64,000 bases of DNA, taken from assembly GCA_964247025.1 (NCBI GenBank), contig CAXTSM010000004.1, positions 3,042 to 67,041 of the forward strand. The letters run 5' to 3'. The DNA is from an uncultured Chthoniobacterales bacterium (lineage in GTDB: Bacteria; Verrucomicrobiota; Verrucomicrobiia; Chthoniobacterales; JAATET01). Made by a program: the position numbers and the translations under genes. Below are positions 57,454 to 64,000 of the stretch, piece after piece; the first letter of the stretch is position 1, and each line of letters opens with the position of its first letter. The notes under the pieces were generated by a model. It did no database searches. It was given only the letters and a program-made list of their open reading frames with translations, and was not told where the DNA came from.

Positions 57454-59232
57454 ATGGTCGCCGTGCGGACTTTCCCTCTTATTTTCCTGTTTTTCGGCGG
57501 TGCGTTGCACGCCCAGCTTCGCGTCGTGGACTACAACACGGCGGGGGCTGCTCGCGATGGCATGTCGACCCTGCTTGCCGCCTTTGGCGCGGAGAGTCTC
57601 AACGGGGTCTCCAAGGCTCCGGATGTGTTCACCCTCGAGGAGCAGAAATCCACCACGACGGCCGAAATCGTCTCTCTTCTCAACGGCATCTACGGCGCCG
57701 GCACTTATGCCCGGTCCACGATCAGCGGGGCGGAGACCGGGACCACCGGCAAGCCGGGACTGATCTACAACACGCAGACCGTCCAATTGATCGCAACGAC
57801 GACGGCTTCGACCCTGAACGGCGCCAGCGGCGCCGCGCGGCAGACGATGCGGTATGAATTGCGGCCCGTCGGCTACGAGGAGACGGCCGATTTTTACGTC
57901 TACGTCAGCCACTACAAGGCCAGCGCGGGCGGTGCGAACGCGTCACGTCGCGCCTCCGAGGCTCAGCAGGTGCGGGCGAATGCCGATGCGCTGGGCAACG
58001 GCGCCCATATTCTTTACACGGGCGATTTCAACGTTTACGCCAGCACCGAGCCGATGTGGACGGCGTTGACGGCGGCGGGCGCGGGCCAGGCGTTCGACCC
58101 CATCAACCGCGTGGGGAATTGGAGCAACAACGAGGCATTCAAGGACGTCCACACGCAGTCGCCGGTGACGTCCTCGCGCTACGCCGGACAGGTCACCGGC
58201 GGGATGGACGACCGATTCGATTACCAGCTCGCCTCGGCGGAATTTTTGGACAACGAGGGATTGAGCTACCTTCCCGGTTCCTATCACGCCTTCGGCAACA
58301 CGGGCACGCACGCGTTCAACGGCGAGATCAACGGCGGAAGCGTGGCGGCGCTTCAGGCGAGGCTGCCCGGTTACAGCCTGGCCCGGACGAACGATGTGCT
58401 CACCGCTCTTACGACCACGAGCGATCACTTGCCGGTGGTGGCGCAATATCAGTTGCCGGCAAAGATGAAGGTGGTCGTCGGAGCCGTGGCGCCGAGAGTC
58501 ATCGTTGGCGCGGCCGCAAACGTGACGGTGACGGTATCCAACGTCGCACCGGTGGCGGCGGCCGTGGGCGCCGACGAACTCGACTACGCCGTGAACGGCG
58601 CCGGCGCGGTCTCCGGTCATCAAACCGGCAGCGTGCTCGCCCTCGATCCAGGCGAGGGCGTCGTTCTCTCGCTGGAAACCGGCCGCGTGGGCGCGCAGAT
58701 TGGTAACATCTCGGTGGGCAGCGACAGCCAGCAGGTGGCGAACGGCGATTTTTCCGCGGGGATCGGCTATCAGGTGCTCGATCACGCGCGCCCGGTTTTT
58801 GCCGATACGAAAGACTCCACCCTCACGCTGGATTTTGGAGACGTCGCGCAATTTTCGGATGCGTTCACGCAGGCGTTTTCCATCGAAAACCTCGTCGCTT
58901 CGATCGGGACCAGGGCGAAGCTCGATCTCGATGCGTTTCAACTCTCGGGAGCCGGGGTCTTTTTCAGCGATATCACGCTGTTTTCGAATCTCGCGCCGGG
59001 CGACGGGCAGGCTTTTCACGTCGGCCTTCACACCGATGAATCCGGAGCTTTTCACGCCATTTATACGCTGACATTTTCGGACGAGGACCTGCCGGGAGCG
59101 GCCGCCGCCGGGACGCTCACGCTGGCGGTGACGGGGCGGGTGACGGCCGTGCCTGAGCCAGGCGCTCTGGCGCTGCTCGCGCTCGGCGGAATGGTGACAT
59201 GGGCGATGAGACGTCGCCTCCATTTCGCTTGA
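57454..59232 (+). CDS. PEP-CTERM protein with endonuclease/exonuclease/phosphatase domain and Ig-like repeats
   Basis: signal peptide; YN, LEE, SHYKA, GDFN, RFDY, SDHLPV; tail VPEPGALALLALGGMVTWAMRRR; start may be GTG 57463. Confidence 0.88.
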   Translation: MVAVRTFPLIFLFFGGALHAQLRVVDYNTAGAARDGMSTLLAAFGAESLNGVSKAPDVFTLEEQKSTTTAEIVSLLNGIYGAGTYARSTISGAETGTTGKPGLIYNTQTVQLIATTTASTLNGASGAARQTMRYELRPVGYEETADFYVYVSHYKASAGGANASRRASEAQQVRANADALGNGAHILYTGDFNVYASTEPMWTALTAAGAGQAFDPINRVGNWSNNEAFKDVHTQSPVTSSRYAGQVTGGMDDRFDYQLASAEFLDNEGLSYLPGSYHAFGNTGTHAFNGEINGGSVAALQARLPGYSLARTNDVLTALTTTSDHLPVVAQYQLPAKMKVVVGAVAPRVIVGAAANVTVTVSNVAPVAAAVGADELDYAVNGAGAVSGHQTGSVLALDPGEGVVLSLETGRVGAQIGNISVGSDSQQVANGDFSAGIGYQVLDHARPVFADTKDSTLTLDFGDVAQFSDAFTQAFSIENLVASIGTRAKLDLDAFQLSGAGVFFSDITLFSNLAPGDGQAFHVGLHTDESGAFHAIYTLTFSDEDLPGAAAAGTLTLAVTGRVTAVPEPGALALLALGGMVTWAMRRRLHFA

Positions 59233-59264
59233 ATGGGATGGAGTGATCCGGCTCGGGATGTCGT

Positions 59265-60020
59265 TCAGGAAAACCGGCGACCATGGCGCAGATGCTCGAG
59301 TTCCGCTCTCAGCGGACGCCAGTAAGCGGCGTCGACCTTGCGCTCATGTTTTTCTTCCTCCTCGAGGGCGGAGACCACGGACTCGATCTCGTTTCGGAGC
59401 GCTCCCACGAGCAAAGGCCGCGAGGACGCGAGCGACTCCGCGCGCGACCGGCAAGAGGAGCATGCCGCTAGAAGAATCTCCGGTGTTCGCGCTTGAAGGA
59501 GCCAGAAATCAAGCTGCTCTTCGGTGGGTTGAAAGGAAAAGGCGTGGTAATTTGCCTCAACGAGGCGGCGAATCATCGGCCAATCCTTGTCTCGCTGCGT
59601 TTTTTTTGCCTGCACCAGATCGGGCAGGGCAAGAAGCTCCGTGATTTCGCCGGTGCGCGCATCGGTGAGCGTCGTGCGGCGCTCCCAAAGCCGAGGAAAG
59701 TCGGCGACGCCCCGCATTTTCGACATCACATCGACCCGCAGGCCGGCCGCTTCCGGGTGGCGGCAGCGAAAATGGACGGCATGTCCGCGCAGAAGGTATT
59801 GCGGATCGAAGGGCGGGACCGCGATGCGCTCCGCGACGAGATCATCGAGCGCGCTTTGCAGTCGGGCGAGATTTTCCGGGTTGGCAAGCAGGACGAAGTC
59901 GGTGTCGCGGCTAAACTCTGCTGCGCCGTAAAACACGCAAGCCTGTCCCCCCATCAGCAGCGCCTGCACCTGGTGCGTCTGGAAAGTAGAAAGGACTTTG
60001 CGAATCGGGTTCGGGATCAA
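59265..60020 (-). CDS. nucleotidyltransferase-superfamily protein
   Basis: LMGGQA..YG....SRDTD (GG..A and DxD), RVD, LVQAKKTQRDKD; start TTG 60020 or 60032. Confidence 0.7.
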   Translation of the reverse strand: MIPNPIRKVLSTFQTHQVQALLMGGQACVFYGAAEFSRDTDFVLLANPENLARLQSALDDLVAERIAVPPFDPQYLLRGHAVHFRCRHPEAAGLRVDVMSKMRGVADFPRLWERRTTLTDARTGEITELLALPDLVQAKKTQRDKDWPMIRRLVEANYHAFSFQPTEEQLDFWLLQARTPEILLAACSSCRSRAESLASSRPLLVGALRNEIESVVSALEEEEKHERKVDAAYWRPLRAELEHLRHGRRFS

Positions 60021-60132
60021 GGTTGCCTCCAAGGTTCAGGAATGTCGTCCACAGTTTCTCGCTTTCCCGCCAGCGTTCGAGTGGCGTCAGCGAATACCAT
60101 TCTCGCCATTCGTCGTTTTCGGGCTCCCACAT
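59911..60132 (-). CDS. small 73 aa acidic Trp-rich hypothetical protein
   Basis: SD-like AGGAAGGA before ATG 60132; MWEPENDEWREWYSLTPLERWRESEKLW...; overlaps the nucleotidyltransferase start. Confidence 0.55.
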   Translation of the reverse strand: MWEPENDEWREWYSLTPLERWRESEKLWTTFLNLGGNLDPEPDSQSPFYFPDAPGAGAADGGTGLRVLRRSRV

Positions 60133-60190
60133 GAATCCTTCCTGCCAGAAGCAGGATCGATTGACAATGTCGTGCGGTCGGATGACGCAC

Positions 60191-60222
60191 AAAAAGCGCG
60201 ACCCGCTTTCGCCGGTCGCGCC
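60191..60222 (-). terminator. intrinsic terminator downstream of ppdK
   Basis: minus strand GCGCGACCGGC-GAAA-GCGGGTCGCGC then TTTTT. Confidence 0.75.
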
Positions 60223-60266
60223 TTGGTTTCGAATGAGGCTTGCTGGGAGGCTCGCCGAATTCGGAA

Positions 60267-63065
<2,799 letters not shown>

Positions 63066-63190
63066 GAATGGAGAAATTAAGGGAGCCGTCCTAGATAGCA
63101 GGACGGAGGGCGGTGTCAACGTCGCGCGCCATGGCGACGCCCGGGGGAAACTCCGCCGCCGCCGCGGGACGGAGCCAAATCGGGCGGCCG

Positions 63191-63406
63191 TCAGGCCGGT
63201 TGCGGCGCGGCGTTCGCCGCGCCGGCGACCTCGTCGAAGGAGCGGACGAAGTCGGAAAGGCCCGTGCTGGGAATGATGATCGAGTTGCGGCGGCCGTGCG
63301 CTTCCTCGGTGATGCGGACGAATTTGCCGCGTTCGTTTTCGCGGTATTCGATGAAGAAGTGCTTGCGCTCGATCTGCAAGTCACGGGCCAGGATGATGTT
63401 GTCCAT
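63191..63406 (-). CDS. PUR-alpha-like single-stranded nucleic-acid-binding protein
   Basis: K.FF....EN.RG.F.RITE....RR.SIIIP pattern of a single PUR repeat. Confidence 0.75.
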   Translation of the reverse strand: MDNIILARDLQIERKHFFIEYRENERGKFVRITEEAHGRRNSIIIPSTGLSDFVRSFDEVAGAANAAPQPA

Positions 63407-63493
63407 TCCGATTGTTTTACGCCTGATGGGCGATGAAAGTTTTGCAATATCGCGCAGCTTCCGCGTTCAACAAGCGGAAATCCGCGAAGCCGC

Positions 63494-64000
63494 TCAAACG
63501 GCCTTGAAGTCCACCTGCTGCTTGAACATGTCCACGCGCGCCACGCTCACTTCGATCGTCTGGCCGGCCTGGTAGACGCGTTTCGTCTTTCGGCCTACGA
63601 ACTGCCCGCGCGCCGCGTCGTGCAGGTAAAAATCGTCGTCCATCGTCGAGACATGCACCAGGCCGGTGAGCAGGAAATCCGGGAGCTCGACCAGCAGCCC
63701 GTAGTTCCGCACCTCGAGGATCTGCGCGGAGAATGGCCGGCCGTCCCGCCCGGCCGTCTGGCGCTGGAAGAACTCCAGTTTCTTCATCCGCGTCGACTCG
63801 CGCTCGGCGTCCGACGCCACCCGCTCGGTCGTGGAAATGTGCTCCGCGGTCGCGGTGAGTTCCGCGGAATTCGGACCCGTCTTCGTGATGCCGAGATGCC
63901 GTTCCAGCGAGCGATGCACGATGAGATCCGCGTAGCGCCGGATCGGGCTCGTGAAGTGGGTGTAGTCTGGCTTCGCAAGACCGTAATGCCCGAGCGGCTC
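63494..64000 (-). CDS. rnr: ribonuclease R, C-terminal part (truncated by window edge)
   Basis: HYGLA...[18 protein letters not shown] followed by S1 domain. Confidence 0.9.
   Translation of the reverse strand, partial: EPLGHYGLAKPDYTHFTSPIRRYADLIVHRSLERHLGITKTGPNSAELTATAEHISTTERVASDAERESTRMKKLEFFQRQTAGRDGRPFSAQILEVRNYGLLVELPDFLLTGLVHVSTMDDDFYLHDAARGQFVGRKTKRVYQAGQTIEVSVARVDMFKQQVDFKAV

Overview
GC-rich bacterial window, most consistent with Verrucomicrobiota (inferred from gene families, not proven). Left flank: minus-strand housekeeping genes (partial plsC-like, cmk, aroA, tyrA), a lipoprotein, two papain-fold proteins, an ABC ATPase and trmL. From about 6.5 to 59 kb lies a cell-surface locus: tRNA-Arg(CCU) and cysC-cysD-cysN bracketed by two paralogous small basic secreted proteins sharing a C-terminal PPYQA motif; wza, wzc, O-antigen-ligase-like and TPR genes; an exosortase, a GbsR/MarR regulator and an EpsI-like gene; nucleotide-sugar genes (gmd, UDP-GlcA decarboxylase, rfbFGH, rfbC-like); many glycosyl- and acyltransferases; Wzx/Wzy candidates; two secreted glycan-degrading enzymes; a WcaJ-like priming transferase; an outer-membrane barrel; and three PEP-CTERM genes around a disrupted TMTC-like glycosyltransferase. 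Right flank: a nucleotidyltransferase with an overlapping small gene, ppdK, a PUR-domain gene and partial rnr. Best novelty candidates: the PPYQA secreted protein pair, a conserved ~50 nt leader motif downstream of the sigma54 promoters of two PEP-CTERM genes, and a sigma54-driven 69 aa protein resembling a PEP-CTERM tail without PEP. All assignments are by-eye motif recognition; no searches were run.
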